Origin: Promethearchaeota archaeon
Lineage (GTDB): Archaea > Asgardarchaeota > Thorarchaeia > Thorarchaeales > Thorarchaeaceae
Reading direction: 5' to 3'
Length of the DNA: 23,918 nt
Assembly: GCA_048939765.1 (NCBI GenBank)
Contig: JBHLPF010000043.1
Span: 1 to 23,918 of the forward strand
The position numbers and the translations under genes are program-made. This document shows, piece after piece, positions 23,723 to 23,918 of the stretch (its first letter is position 1; each line of letters starts with the position of its first letter). The notes under the pieces were generated by a model, which saw nothing but the letters and a program-made list of their open reading frames with translations, made no database searches and was not told the origin of the DNA.

Positions 23723-23918
23723 CCACATGCGGTCGTGGAGAAAAGGTATGCTCTAATTTCATCAATGGATCAAATCTCACATACCACTGAAGTAATGAGC
23801 ATCACGCCAAGAGCTACTTCACAAAAAGCGCTTCAAGGCGCTTGGTTCCGCATTCTCTGTCATAGCTAGCCCTAAGAAGATGATTCATGTGTATAGAAGA
23901 ATCAAGGATGCTGCTGGT

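Noticed and set aside
23598-23780. 60-aa minus-strand ORF
   Set aside because: It overlaps the better-supported 23486-23722 gene and has no recognisable features.
23814-23918. Possible partial gene at the right edge (minus frame ...HLLRASYDRECGTKRLEALFVK*, minus frame ...PAASLILLYT*, or plus ATG 23880 MIHVYRRIKDAAG...) and a small hairpin AAGCGC-N6-GCGCTT (23826-23843) with a minus-strand T-run
   Set aside because: The stretch is too short to choose among the alternatives without downstream sequence.
1-23918. CRISPR arrays, tRNA/rRNA, IS elements, DGR-type near-identical repeats
   Set aside because: I saw no DNA-level direct-repeat arrays, RNA gene signatures, transposase or reverse transcriptase by eye. 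The repeats present are diverged protein-level repeats.

Overview
Almost fully coding archaeal-type DNA, probably from an Asgard archaeon such as Thorarchaeia. That assignment is an inference from the DUF2341/LamG giant surface-protein style, the dense N-glycosylation sequons and the GGAGGTGA Shine-Dalgarno; no marker gene is present. About 21.7 kb is taken up by two tandem, paralogous, translationally coupled giant surface proteins. ORF1 (<1..9753) is cut off by the window's left edge; ORF2 is 9750..21725 (3991 aa). Both have a lectin-like head containing a DUF2341+LamG cassette, a stalk of 23 collinear Ig-like repeats of nearly equal total length (2414 vs 2426 aa), and one C-terminal TM helix. 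Both also have a large conserved cytoplasmic tail ending in a 45-aa helical repeat (1 copy in ORF1, 4 in ORF2), which gives a receptor/cell-adhesion-molecule-like layout. Downstream lie a Kbl-type PLP enzyme, a hairpin between convergent genes, a DUF3303-like gene on the minus strand, a palindrome-rich divergent promoter region and a small possibly Sm/Hfq-fold protein. I saw no RNA genes, CRISPR arrays or mobile elements. Domain calls come from motif recognition by eye, not from database searches.
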